Positions 24,476 to 37,488 of a DNA stretch of 64,000 nucleotides are shown piece by piece; positions within the stretch are counted from its first letter, which is position 1, and every line of letters begins with the position of its first letter. This DNA comes from Lama guanicoe. Taxonomy: Eukaryota. The stretch is taken from the NCBI GenBank assembly GCA_013239625.1, contig MU055785.1, forward strand, positions 2,108,001 to 2,172,000. The letters are read 5' to 3'. The notes beneath the pieces are model-generated. The model was given only the letters and a program-made list of their open reading frames with translations. It did not search any database and had not been told where the DNA came from. The translations under genes were made by a program, and so were the position numbers.

Positions 24476-27400
24476 CTGGCATGGGGTCCCCCAAAAACAG
24501 ATCCATTAAATGATGTCTTACCTGCCTAACCCCCAGGAGCTAAAGCCCAGAGCCCGCTAGATGAAGGGGGTCTGCCCCTGAGTGGCAGCGTCAGGAAGGG
24601 ACACTGTTGAATCCTGGCATGTGTTGGGTTTTAGTAACTCTTGTAAGGCAGGGAGGGGGGAGTGGAGATCATCTTGCCTCCTGCCTCTGTTTTAAGCAGA
24701 GAGAAAGGAGTATGAAACAGACCAAAAACCGCGAGCCTTAACTTGGACTAACCCACATTATATAACCCACAGAACTTGAACTTCAAAATAAATTACTGTG
24801 TGAGCTGTTTTATTGAACCCCAAACGTACACAACATACTATTTTCCCTCAAAAAACAGCACTTAGCGAGCTTTCAAACTAAAATGCAACTTAAAACTCTG
24901 CAAAAATTACAGAGTGGGAGCAGAACTTAGAACATTCTGAACATCACTTGAACTGAAGGGAAGCGAAATTCATTTACAATTCCCAATTTACATAACTTCA
25001 GGCAGCATGCACACAAAAGAGTGTGTTTTTATCTACACCAGATGTATTCAGTTCAGAGCTATGCATAATAGTGAAAAGCTGAAGGGAAAGGAAAAAAAAA
25101 AACAACACTGTATAGTCATGAACAGGAGATCGGGATTGTGAGACAGCCACCGAAGGCCAGACCAATACACAGTCATTAAAAATGATGTTTTCTAAGAATG
25201 TTTAAAGACATGGAACGATACTCATGATAGAAAAATTAAGAGAAAAATGAAGATACAAAACGTGACCCCTGATCACGTTCGATACGCAGAGTTTCTGAGA
25301 AACACACACAAGAAGAGAAAACTCGAGGAAATGCACCACGTGCTCCTGGTTACTTCTGGACATTGTGATTATCAAGGGTTTTGCGGGTCACCCCTACCTC
25401 GCCCCCGTACCACGCCTCCTCTGAAGGAACAGCATTTCAGGAGGAGGGAAGGGCAGCTGCGAGGCTGTGAGTTAGCAGGGCAGGTGTGCGGTGGCAGCTC
25501 AGGCAGCCGGTCAGCCCTGGTGATGAGAATGTGGATGTCCCCTGGGGGTGACAGAAGCCTCGCAAGATTGGGAACGGCGTTGAGACCGCTTGAGAAGTTC
25601 TGCTGCTGGAAACTGTGTTCTATTTGGTCCAATCTCCCCAGTTTTTCACATGATCAGGGTCTGGCGACAACTGCCCCCTCTACACACCTACCAGCTTCGG
25701 AAGCTCCTCTCATACCCCCCAGGGAAGTCAAACCCCACCTCAGCAATTCTCCAAGGCAGCCATCAGACGGTGCCCCCGCACCCTTCCCCTTCATGGTTCC
25801 AAGCAGGCGGCCCCATCCTTCCCAGCAGGTCTGAACCCTGCCCACACTGACACAGGCCCCAGTGAGGAGCTGATGGGGATGCTCTGTCCTCTCCCACGCA
25901 CGTGCATTCAAGCAGTTCAAGTCCAAGGAAACTTCTGGGGCTTCAAACCCACCCCCCACGCTCTCATGCCAGGCACCAGGGCCATCTCCGTCTCCCGGGC
26001 CCTTTCTGACGCACGTCTACCTACCGCTGGCCAGTCCTAATTAAACTTCAACCACTTTGTCATAAAACAACCCTTTCAAGCTCTAATGGAAACGGCGGCA
26101 GTGATAATGTTGCCTGGTTCACAGCAGCTGAACGGGCAGCCTTCGCCCCTCACGCTCCCTCAGAGGTGAACGCAGAAACGAGACTCCAGCCCCAGGACAA
26201 AAAAGAAGAAATCTACATAAAGGCTCCTTTGCCACCCAAGAAACTAATGCCATTTACCCAACAAGGGACTCCGTGGTGTGGCCGTTTGTCCTCAAAACCC
26301 AACTTTCAAAGCAAAGTGGGGCGGAGAAAGTGACTAATGACGGGGAAGCAAAGCTATGCAGCGAGGCTAAGACTTCAGGCTCTGAATGAGGACTTCAATC
26401 AAAAGGAAAATCATGACCTTCAGCTGAGAAGGACACGCCCGCCCTACCGGCTCTCCTTGTGCTCGACCTCTCGGAGGGGAAAGGAGAAAGGCCGGAATGC
26501 TGGTGAGACGCCCGCTCCATGCGGGCCCTGGGCTGGATGCTGTGAGGACACCACCCCGTTGCTGACCAACTGCGGCCACATGACCATGAATGGGTGGCCC
26601 ACGGAAAAGTCTGCAGGCTGCAGCCTCTGAACCCTAAGTCTCTGGCATCTGCAGGTTGGGAGAATGGTTCGTGGGAAACTGAAAAAAACGTTTTATTGAG
26701 AAAAGAATGGTGGGGGTGAAGGTGTCCGGGAGGGCTCATGGCCAGTTTAAGGGGTGGTCCCTCTGTGGCACTGGCTGATTGCTACCATGTGGGAAGGTCA
26801 ACCTAAGTGTGGTTCAGAGCTTTCAAGAAAAGCTGAAAATTCAGCATCTTCTGGGAAAACCCATGGTTTTTAAATCTTGGCAACTAACTCAATGGCACAT
26901 GGCTTCTGTACTAGGCAGTGGTCACCACATAAAGCGGCTCATGGGGCCTCGGTGCTCTGCTCTCCACCCTTCCCTCTGCCTCTCCCGAGGGCCTGAAATC
27001 CAGCCGGTTCCCAGTGTGGCACTGCAGGGATTCAGAGCCTCACCAGGACAACAGCCCCAGGGGGCCCAGGGCCCATGAGAGTAGACAGGGTCCCCTCCTT
27101 CCTGCCTCCATGCCCCATGAGCGGGGGCTGGTCTGCTTCAAAGCACTTATTTCAAGGGTTGCAGGCACCCGCCCAGGGAGTGTGGCATTTGGGTTAATGA
27201 CAGGGTTGAGCTGAGCCTGTGGACAGGGTTGGCACCCCAGGGACAGATGGGTCCTTCCCCGGGTGGCTGAGCTGCGGCCCCCAGCCCCGGCCCAGGAAGA
27301 AGGTGAGGGCCATGTGAGGACAATGGGACCTATCACCTGCCAGGCGTGCGGCTGGCCTGGCTCCTCCCACTGCTAATAACTCAACCACAACCCTGACCCC

Positions 27401-30400
27401 AACATTCGGGGGGACATCCCGCTTAAAATAAAAACGTGATTAAACGCAGCCTGGCTCTGCTCTAATAGCACAGGGATGTCATCATTTCTCTAAACCTTGT
27501 GTACCCCAGCCACTACCTCCCTGTAACTCCTCCAGGATGCTGGAAGAACTAACAAGACAAGGGCAGCCCGGTCTTGAGATCTGCTGGAAAAAGGGGGCCT
27601 AAGGAAAAGGAGAAGGGGGGCCCACAGACTGCAGTCAGGAGGTAGGACACAGGACTGGGAAAGCACACAGCCTGAGGAACAACGGCCATGTGCGTCAGGG
27701 TCCTGGCGATGCCAGTCCCCAGCTGTGTGGTCCTGGGTGACTGGCTTGCCCACTCGGCATCCTCATCTGGAAAATGGAGTTAAACACACACACACACTCC
27801 CCCGCTCTCTACTGGCTTGTTTGCAAATGCAAGTGTCCACTGCTCCATCCGCACGCTGGGTCCCTGGTCCGAAAGCATCTCTGCTCTCATCTGGATGACC
27901 AACTAGCCTCCTCACTGGCCTCCCTGCAGCACCTCTCCCTGGTCTGCCAGCTTCTCCCGCCTTGTCCCCTCTCCTTCTCCCTCCCAGTTGCACCCATGCT
28001 GCAGGGCCTTTGCACTGGCTGTCTGCCCCCTCTGCCTGTTCTGCTCATCTCCCGTCTTCCCGGGCTGGGTTTCTTGTCAGGTCTCAGCCCAGATGTCCTC
28101 TCGCAGAGCTCCTCCTGGGCGGTGGTCCCCACCACAGATCTGGCCACTGGCCATCAGATTCCCCTGGGTACCTCCTTCAGAGCCCTTACCTTGTTCTGAA
28201 AATCACCTGAGTGGTTCACTTCTCTGTGCCCCCCAACTACCAGGTGAGCTCCCTGAGGCCAGGACCACATCTACCTCAGTCACCACTGCATCCCCTGCAC
28301 CGGGCCTGGAGCAGATGCTCCAAAAATGTCAGTATTAGATGGCTCTGTCCAGCTCCTGGCACGTGCCTGGAACGCCATCGGTACTCGGCAAACGGCACTT
28401 AATGTGACTGCCAGGAGCTGAGGGGGTCACAGCTAGGAACACACACCTCGGAGCTGATGGCTTAGGGGCACATCCCAGCTGTTTCCAGATATGTGACTTT
28501 GCACAAGTCACTCAACCTCTCTGTGCTTCCTTCTTTCTATTCAAAAAAGGGGACAATCCCAGGGCCCACCTGGAGGACTATGAGAACTAATGCACAGAAG
28601 CCCAGTTAGAACAGTGCCTGGGCCTGCAGGGATCAGTAAGTTTCATCAGTCTTAACAACCCGACTGCCCACCCTGCCCAGACGGGCTGTGGTGAGAAACC
28701 CAGGGGAAAATGACAGAAGTCTCTAACTCTGCAGGCCTGTTGCTGTGAGAGGTAGGCCGGCCGGCTACAGGCTTAAGAACAGCCAGTGCCACACCTCTGA
28801 GTCTAGGGGACCTGCCGCCACAGCTCTGGGAAGGGCTTCTGCTCCCCTGAGCAGCCAGGCCCTGCTGGGGCCCAAGCCCACATCCAGAGAGGTGTGCAGA
28901 CGGCCAAGGACGAAGCCAAAGGTCGTTGTTAAAAGCACTTCGGCTCCTGGCCTCAAGTGGGGAGACAATAGAAAGGCTAGGAAGGAAAAAGGAGGTATCG
29001 TGAAACAAACAGATGTTTGCCAACGAAATCACCAGGAAGCAGGAAGAGCAGGGCGAGGAGCAGGCGCAGGAAGCTTGGAAAGCAAGGTGGGCCGGAGGGG
29101 GCTTGTGGAGGCAGGGGGAATGTGCTTCCATCTGTAGTTGGCACAATAAAACCCAGTCACGCATGGCCACATGGGGCTTTATTATAATCAGGCCACAGAA
29201 TTTACTGCGATTCCCTCCCCTTTACAGCTCTCGGTGCGGAAGGCTGACAGCACAGACTGTTATCAGTTGCAAGCAGCTTTTCAGGACCTCCTCCCACTCG
29301 GAGCCCTTTATCTGGAGGTGAGGGTCTTGGTTGTGGGGAGATAAAACACACTGTCCCCCTCCCCTGAGACCAGTACAGAGAATGGAGGGCTTTGCAGAAA
29401 AGAAGGGGAGGGGTGAACAAGAAAGCCCTCCGTCCACTCCCCTCCTGCCCGCTTTCTTGCAGAGCCCGAGAAAATCCAGGGCCCGGGGGCTGGCTGAGTC
29501 CCCAGCAAGGGGACAGGGAGCTGGGGAAGCTTCGGGAACAGCGTGGAGAGGGCGGCGTGGGGGCGGAGCAGGTGAAAAGGAATAGCACGGGGACCGGGGA
29601 GCGACTGTGCATGCGATGCCTGTAGAAGAGAAACAAAAAGGGCAAGAGGAGAACCGGGAGGTGAGCTCCGTGGGGACCCACCTGACGATGCTGGACTCAG
29701 CAGGGCTGGAAATCGGCACAACTTCTCGGCCCCAAATCCAACTGGTTCTCTACAACTATTTGTTCTCTCCTCCCAGCTCTGAAGCCTCCTTTGTGTGAGT
29801 GACAGCAGGACCCTGGACAGCAGCCCCCTGAGAAGCAGGGCCTGGAGGGGACAGTCTGGGACACTCTCAACACTGGAGCCTAGGCCGGGGACCCAGGGGA
29901 CACTGGGGGCTGGAGGGACAGCACCACCTTCAGACCAGGGTGCCCTATCTCTGCGAAGCCTCCCCTCGCTGGGCTCCAGAACGTTTCTGTACCCCGAGCC
30001 CGCTTCTATTACTGCAACCTCTCAGCTGTCCCCAAGCAGCCCCCTCTGTTCCCCTACCACCCGGGAGCTTCTGGGAAAGTGTGCTGGGCCCACACTGGTC
30101 ACCCCAGCTCCGTGGTGGGCATACAGCTGGTGCTCATGGTTGAGTTAAGACTCTCTACTCCGGCCTGTGTTGCTGAATTAAGACAGGGTCAGAGTAACGG
30201 TGACTGACACATAGCTTTTCAGAACACTCTTGAAAAAGCCTTCTGCCCATTTTACAGATGCAGAAACAGCCCCAGAGAAGGACAGCAGCCTGCCCAGTCA
30301 CAGGGCTAGGAGAGGACAAGGAAAATGGCGACTTTCCTGGAAGCTGTTAAGTCTCACGTTCCGAGGACCCAAGGTGCTCGGCCCAGGGCCTGGCGTGGGG

Positions 30401-31923
30401 TAAATGCTGCTTTTGCCCGTGGATTTGCTCAGCACCCACTTACTGCTCTCCCACCAGGGGCTGGGCGCTTTCCCAGGTGCTGGGGTGCAGCAGTGAGCAA
30501 GCAGATGCGGTACCTCGCCACCCCCCCACAGTGGAACGGCCAGTCCAGCAAGGGAGTCAGACAGACACCAAGGAAATGAACCCACAATGAAGCACTTTCG
30601 GGAAGTGATAAGCATTTAAAACAAAGTTGGGGATGGGTACACGCTGGTACCCACAAAGGGAGCCGTGGAGATTACTGCCATGGATGATGTCATGATCTGA
30701 TACTGAACCAACAACAGAGAACAGATTGTCCAATGTCACCAAGCTCTACTTTGCAACAGGGCTTAGGACACAAAAACAAGGGTGACCCCGCCGCTGCCTT
30801 TCACAGGCAGAGGGAGAGAGGCACAGAGACCCTTCTTCCTGTGTTTATTTACTCCCTCAACTCACTCATCAAGCGACCCCACGTCTAGGGCCTCGTGGGA
30901 TGCTCGGAACCCAGCAGGGAGCGAGTCAGATGCTCTCCGCCCTCCTGGTTCTCCGTCTGGCAGAGACGGATATTAAACAAGGGAAACGAACGAACAGAAT
31001 AAATACAAACTGTGACAAGTGTTAACAGCAGAAAAGAACGGCGCTCAGGCAGGGAAGCACCAGGACGCGTCAAAGGAGCACGGCGACCCGGGGGCGGAGG
31101 GGGAGCACCTCACTCAGTGGTCCCGCCACCACCAACACAGGGAGGGGCCTCTGCTCAATCTGCCTCCAGGGCCCTCACTCCTGGCAAATCTGTGCTTTAA
31201 AAGAGGACTTGCTTTTGGACAAAAAATCATCAGTCACATTGAAGTTTAGTAAGGGAAGTGAAAACCAAGGTCGCTGATCATTTTGGGGTGATGGCTAGTT
31301 AAGAACAAACTGTGACTACACAGAACTCTTTTTGATGGAAGCATGGGCAGGTTTGGAGGGAACACCAGTCATGGATAAAAATAACTCATGAAGAGAAGCT
31401 GATGAGGGGCTTTTAAAAGAGTTACATCAATAATCGGTAACCCCAGGGGCTAGGGATGTTTTCGGGGGCCTCAGAAAGCAGAGACTGAAGGATTTTCCTC
31501 TTCGACTGAAACAAGGCTTCTGGACCAGTGGTTCCCAAATGCCTTGTAGCAACTGGGCCATTCCTGAAGGAGGTTTCACCGAGCCAGGATGACATGGGAA
31601 GTGCAGACAGCCTAGGGAGGTTTACGGACAGCGAGGTCTATTCAGTTAAAGGACTGGTCTTTAATCTGAGAAGTTCGCTTCCCCGCCCCCACTTTTTCTC
31701 CCCTCGTAAACACCCATTCTCCTGTGAGGACAATGAGAGGGTATACGGGTGGAGGGTGTTTATTTTAATCCTTATTTCAATAAACTGGCAACCCTATGGT
31801 CAGATGGGGCGGGTAGTATTGCTGATGGCCAGGATCTCAATGTCTGGGTAAGGGACTGCCAGCGCCAAGTCCTTTTCGAAGCTTTTCTAAAGGTCTTTGA
31901 TTCCAAGACGGGGTCATGGTCCC

Positions 31924-32110
31924 CCAAGTGGTTCTCAGCTGGGGGCTGCATCACCCCCCTAGAGGGCATTGCAGAATGCGGGGAGTGTTTGAGACTGTCC
32001 CAATCCCGGGGGCCTCTGCTGACATTCTGTGGGCAGGATCCAGGGATGCAAAATGTCTTAAACAACGTGCCAAACAGCCCCGACAAGGAAGAACTGTGCT
32101 GCCTGGAGCA
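31924..32110 (+). mobile_element. MER20-like hAT element
   Basis: AGTGGTTCTCAGCTGGGGGC...CAGGGATGC...ACAGCCCCGACAAGGAAGAA. Confidence 0.65.
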
Positions 32111-32197
32111 CCAGTAGCGCCCCCTCCCCACCCAAGGGTGAAGCATCAGCTGTGGGCGGGGCCCTGCGTCCCTTCTCTTTCCTGCCTTTGCAGTTGC

Positions 32198-32216
32198 TGG
32201 ACACTAGAGGGCGCCA
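32198..32216 (+). promoter_or_regulatory. Candidate CTCF core in intron 16
   Basis: TGGACACTAGAGGGCGCCA, one mismatch to CCACTAGAGGGCGC. Confidence 0.5.
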
Positions 32217-32589
32217 GGCCACCCCAAGGACCCTTCTCCAGGAGGGTCAATCTCACCCCCGAGGCATCCTGGCGGATGGATGAAGCAAGAAGGCTGTTTT
32301 CTCTTGCTCTGTTCAGAATCCCTGCTAGTAGATTCTAGCCGTTTTGTCTTTTTTTTAAACCACCTTTACTTGACAAGCCAAAAAAGTCAGTTTCCTTATG
32401 CTATACCCATAATTTTTATGTTCTGTTTTTTAAATGGCATTTTCTGTGCCTATAAAATTAAACCAGTCTCAGAATGAATAAAGAACTTTAAAGTAAATAC
32501 CTGAGAAACAATTCAGTGCTGCCCCCTCACCCTCGGTCCTTCCCTGGCCTGCTGCCCCAGGACACCCCAATCTCAGATCTGGCTCTTAC

Positions 32590-32719
32590 CTGTTTCCGGC
32601 TCTGTCGTGTCCTGTTTGTCAGGTTCTGCCGGTGTATCTTGGGGTTCTTTCTTCTGTGGGGCTGGGCTGGAAAAGACGCCCACTGGAGCCCACTCCAGAT
32701 ACAAGGGGATGTGGTGGAA
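32590..32719 (-). CDS. RBM19: RBM19 exon 16 (FHHIPLYLEWAPVGVF...EPET)
   Basis: GCAG|TTC acceptor, CAG|GTAAGA donor, 130 nt, ends in phase 1. Confidence 0.95.
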
Positions 32720-33177
32720 CTGCAGAGAAGGGGTGGGGGAGGGACTCGGTCAGCGACACAGACGGAGAGCCGGAGGCTCAGAGGATGGGTGACTTGCCCC
32801 AGGGGATGGAGCACAGCCTAGAACCCTCCAGGCTGCCTGAGCCCTGAGGACACAGGGCACTGCTACAGCCTGGGGCCTGGGGAGAGGCTAGGGCATCTGC
32901 TGTCACTGGACACATCTGCATCCCCTTGTGTTTTCTCTAATGTGAATCGGGAGTGGGATGTGGAGGGAGCAGAATCACTGATACAGGCAGCCTGCCCCAG
33001 AGGAGGTGCAGCAGGGCGGTGAGACAACATGCTTTCTCTGTCTCTCCACGTACGTACGCTCACAGGCAGTGCGAGGGCACATGTGTACATGCAGAGAGAT
33101 TTTTTTTTAAAAGGATAAACAAGACACTGACAAACAGTCTGCAAAGCATTGAAGTGCCTGATAGAAGAGAAGCCACT

Positions 33178-33587
33178 TGTCGTGGGCCACATAGTGGCCC
33201 TCCAAACGCTATGTCCACGTCCCAACTCCCAGAACCTCCAATATGACCTTATTTGGAAAAAAAGGTCTCTGCAAATGACATTAAATCCAATGATAAGCAT
33301 CATTATAAGAGAACAGTGAGGGCAGACTTGAGACGGAGAAGAAGAGGGGCCACGTGGACAGACAGAGACTGGAGTGATGGAGCCACAAGCCAAGGGACAC
33401 CTGGAGCCACAAGATGCCAGAAGAGACACAGAAGGACCCCACCCCCCAGGAGCCTTCAGAGAGAGCAGGGCCTCGGGACTCCTCGACTTCAGACTTCTGA
33501 CCTCCAGCACTGTGAGAAGAGATTCCTGTTGTTTTAAGCCACTAAGTTTGTGTTACATTGTCACGACAGATAGAAAAATTAGATATA
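33178..33587 (+). mobile_element. MLT1 (C-like) solo LTR, followed by a (TA/CA)n low-complexity tract
   Basis: ATGACCTTATTTGGAAAAAAAGGTCTCTGCA...CTTCTGACCTCCAGCACTGTGAG...GTTTTAAGCCACTAAGTTTGTG. Confidence 0.85.
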
Positions 33588-33993
33588 CTAACAAATACAT
33601 GTATATGCATATACATACACACACGTATCTATACATATGTATATAATGTAGAAATACATATTTTTTCTTTTTACCGAGAAACAGGATAACCTACCTATGG
33701 AATTGACTTTCAACTAACTGTAGGTACAAGACAATCAAAGCACCAAGGATGATGGTTCAAATCTAAGTGTTAACAGAAAGCCAAGGAAAGCCAGGGTCAG
33801 GCAGGGCACCGAGGCAGGCTTTCTGGAGGGTGGGGTGGGCCTCCCCTCACATTCCCCCATTCCGAGGCTATCCTGGGGTCGGGCGACCGCGAGTCCCCCT
33901 GTGGGCTAGGTCCACCCAGAGACTGTCGCTCCATCAGCTCCCTGAGTCCCCTGCCTCCGTCCCCTCCCCGGAGCAGGTCTCGGGCAGCCCTAC

Positions 33994-34194
33994 CTTGGAG
34001 TAGGCCAGGTGTCGGAAGGCCCTGCGGGCCTCCAGTGGCTCCAGGAACTCCACAATGGCAGTGACGCCGCCCTCGGGCAGCAGCACGCGGCCCAGGCTGC
34101 CGAAGCGGCCGAAGGTCTCCTGCAGCTCGGCCGCCAGGGTGCCCGCCGGGAGGTTCTTCACCAGAATCACAGTCTTGCTTCGCTCCGCTGCGGC
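33994..34194 (-). CDS. RBM19: RBM19 exon 15 (AAAERSKTVILVKNLP...HLAYSK, RRM4)
   Basis: CTGCAG|GCC acceptor, AAG|GTAGGG donor, 201 nt. Confidence 0.96.
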
Positions 34195-35238
34195 CTGCAG
34201 AGAAGGCACACACTCAGGTAGGACAACAGAGGAGAGGTCACTGGTCCCCAACACTGGCACTGGCCTGGGGGTGACTCCAGACCAGGCATCCACATGGGAC
34301 CTCGGTTACGAGGCTCTTAGGAAGTGGGTCCTGGAGACCCCACCCTCCAGGGTACCCTGCTCCGTGGATGACAGGCAGCGCCGAGGAGTGGATAAGGGGG
34401 ATGACTCCAGAGCTGGACCGCCTGGGTCAAATCCCGGCCCTCCACATCTGAGCCGAGGCAGAGTCTGATGGTGCCCGGACACAGCCCTTGCTGGACCTTC
34501 CAGAATGTTCCAGCCCAGGCCAGGATCTGCATCTGCAGGCTCAGGGCCTTTTCCCGGAATGGCAGACTGCCTGCTGCCACACGTGTGACAGGCGGGGTGT
34601 GTATGCCAGGACGTTAACACCGCCTGGGAGCTGCCCCTGACTCTCAGTCATTGCTGCATCCCTTGTCCTTTGGGTGGGACAACTCTGAGGTGTGAGGGGC
34701 ATGGGGGTCCCCCAGGGAAAGCTCCAGTCAGCTGCTGTACCATTGCTGCTGTGACAAGCATGCCCTGTACTGGTCTCCTCCCTACACTCGTCCTGTCTCA
34801 CCAGTGTCTTCTGTCCTGTCCAGTGAACTACCTGCATTTGAATCTGGCTCAGAGGTGGCTTTTGGAAGAACCCAAACCAAGACACTAGGTCTATGGCCTT
34901 GAGGAATGTGCCTAACTGTGTCCCTCACCTAAGGACACAGCATGTACTTCATGCATCATTCTAGATTCTGTGTGACTGAAAACAAGTGACGTCACCGCTC
35001 TGACTGCGGTCCCTTCTGTATAACTGGAGTGCAGGAGTGCTGCCTTCCTGGGCCGCATGTCTGAGCCCAGTGATCTTACTTTCTTCACAGACAGTTGAGA
35101 AGTTAGTAACAGCCATCCTTGACAGGCCTGACCCTCCAACCCACCCGCACGCCCGCTGGTGTGAAACCTCACCCCCAGCTCTCTGGCGGCGGGTGGCCCG
35201 AGCCCCATGTGGCCGGCTGGGGGGCGGCAGGCACCCAC

Positions 35239-35349
35239 CTGGCTGAAGGAATCCAGGCTGACTCCGTTGTCGATGAGGAAGCGTCGCACCTCTTGGACGA
35301 GCTGGGTCTCCCCCAGGGCCACGCGCACGGCCACGCTGCCCTTGGTCTC
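35239..35349 (-). CDS. RBM19: RBM19 exon 14 (ETKGSVAVRVALGETQ...DSFSQ)
   Basis: GCAG|GAG acceptor, CAG|GTGGGT donor, 111 nt. Confidence 0.96.
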
Positions 35350-35859
35350 CTGCGGGAGAGAAACGGAAGACGCCCTGTCGGCTGCCGGGTGGGTGACGGG
35401 TCCGCCCTACCATCTTCTAAGGGCTGGAGGAGGAGGAGTGAATGGAGATGGTCCCTGCCGATGCCCCTAGCCCGCCTGCACTGACTTGACAGCTTGGCTT
35501 CCGTGTCTGTCATGATGAATCCAGGACCCCACGCCCACCTCTCCTGCCTCACTTCCTCTCTCTCCCCCACGCTTCCCGGACCCCGGCTGGACGTGCAGGT
35601 CTCTGTGTGGTTCCTCCCATGTGCCACATTCCCAAATGGGGCTTCTGCACCTGCCCACCTTGCCCTCCATCCAATTTCTGCTAGAAGGTCACTTCCCTGA
35701 CCAGCGCACCTCGAGCTCGCACCGTCCCCCTGCTCAGCTTAACCGACACGCAGCACCTCTGTTATCAGTCAGGGTCTTCCTCTGCGAGAGAGCCCTGCTG
35801 CGCTCCCAGCACTCAGGGCGCAGGTGGGATCCAAACCCGCCACAGTCCCTCCCGACCGG

Positions 35860-36160
35860 GAGCCACAGGGCCCAAGCTGGCACCCGTGAGTTCAGCCACT
35901 GGGCACCTGAAATGTGGCTCGTCCAAACCGAGAAGTGCTGTAAGCTGGATTTTGAATACTTAGAAACCAGAAATCCACAACTGCTTGTCATTTTTTAATA
36001 TTATATATAATGAAATAATATTTCAGCTATATCCAATTAAATAAAGGAGATTCTGAAAGTTAAGTTTACGCCTGTTTCTTTGTGTTTTAAAAAACCATGG
36101 TCACTAGGACGCTTACAGTTAGGAATGGGGCTCGGCTCTTACATCTAATGGACGGTGCTG
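35860..36160. mobile_element. MER33/MER3-like hAT element
   Basis: GCACCTGAAATGTGGCT...AAATAATATTTC...TGGACGGTGCTG. Confidence 0.6.
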
Positions 36161-36868
36161 AGCTTCGGGGTGGGGCAGGGGGAACAAATGACAACGGGTC
36201 AACAAGTTTATGGACCAGATCCATGGATACCCTGCGCCCACTGGCTGAAAACACACTCCCAGGTTTTGCCTAAGATGAACTTGACCGTGGTGTAACTGGA
36301 GACATGAGCATTAAGGAAAGTATGTGGTCTTGGGGGGGAGGTCAGATGGAAACAAGGCCAGACTTGGGAGAGCAGGAGAGACAGAGACCTGTGACTCCCC
36401 TGTGCTCGTCTCAGAGACCTGGGGGGCCAGGCCGAGGAAGCAGCGGGGACAACCCTCAGAGACGGGTGTGACTAGCTCAGAGTGAGGGCAGTGGTGTCAG
36501 GCAGACCTGCTGTCATCCCACCTGCACCTCCTTTCAGCTGTCTGACCCTGGGCAAGTGCCTTTGTGGCCGTGGGCCTCGCTTTCTCTCTCTGGAAAGAGG
36601 GGCTGGTAGGAGTGCCTGTCCCTCCATCAGGGCTGTGCGGGGAGGGGGAGGACCACACTCTAAGTGCTCAGCATCACCAGTAATGCTCCCCAGCGTGGCT
36701 CCACGCACGCTCCTGGGAAGCCAGGGCTGCAGGGCGGATGGGGATGTTCCCACGGGGAGGGAGGCCCTAGAGGGTACCCACAACTGCAGCCCCAGAGGCC
36801 CCCAGCTGGCAGATGACCCCAGCTTGATGATGCTCCGCCCCTGCCCAGAGCCGGGGGCGCCCACTCAC

Positions 36869-36965
36869 GTGGTCAAACACTTGACTCTTGGTGGCGCTGT
36901 ACTTCTGAGCGATGGCGTCGGCCACCGCATTGGGGCCCATGAACAGCGTGTTCCAGTTGTGGGAG
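36869..36965 (-). CDS. RBM19: RBM19 exon 13 (SHNWNTLFMGPNAVADAIAQKYSATKSQVFDH)
   Basis: CTTAG|C acceptor, CAC|GTGAGT donor, 97 nt. Confidence 0.96.
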
Positions 36966-37366
36966 CTAAGAGGCAGAGACAAGAGCAGAGGGGTCAGACC
37001 AAGGCTGAACGGGGGCAGTTTTTTTCAGATGCAAAGCCTGGAGGAAATGAGCTTGGGGGCCTGCCTTTCTAAGCCCTGAAAGCCTCCTCTTCCCCAGTCT
37101 CACCTGGTGGGGACCAAGCAGCCAGGGCCCGAAGACCACAGAGCCACAATGATATTCGCGACCCCTAACATTTGTCAAGCGCCAACTCCGTGCCCGGGGC
37201 CAAGCACTTTCGCTAACATTAACTTACTCCTTACGACACCACAAAAGTGAGGCACCACTGATTCTCCCCATTTTGCAGATGAGGAAACTGAGGCTCAGCA
37301 AGGTCAGGAGCCAGAGCACCCGAGTGGCAGGGGCAGCAGGAGCCTGGGTCAGAGGCGGGCACCCAC

Positions 37367-37488
37367 CTGGAGCTGTTGGCTTTGTCTTTTGACTCTTTCT
37401 TCTTCTTGTAAGACGATGATCCCGGGGTGTCGGTGTCCTCGCTGGATTCCTTCTTAATGGTGGATGGTAACACGTGGAGCATCCTGCC
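37367..37488 (-). CDS. RBM19: RBM19 exon 12 (GRMLHVLPSTIKKE...DKANSS)
   Basis: CCAG|GGC acceptor, CAG|GTGGGT donor, 122 nt. Confidence 0.95.

Noticed and set aside
24516-24524. CAG|GTAAGA upstream of exon 17 as the real acceptor or as the donor of a micro-intron
   Set aside because: As an acceptor it adds 46 nt and breaks the frame; as a donor it leaves a 46-nt intron, below the usual mammalian minimum.
32863-33510. 215-aa minus-strand ORF
   Set aside because: About half is the antisense reading of an MLT1 LTR and the rest is intron.
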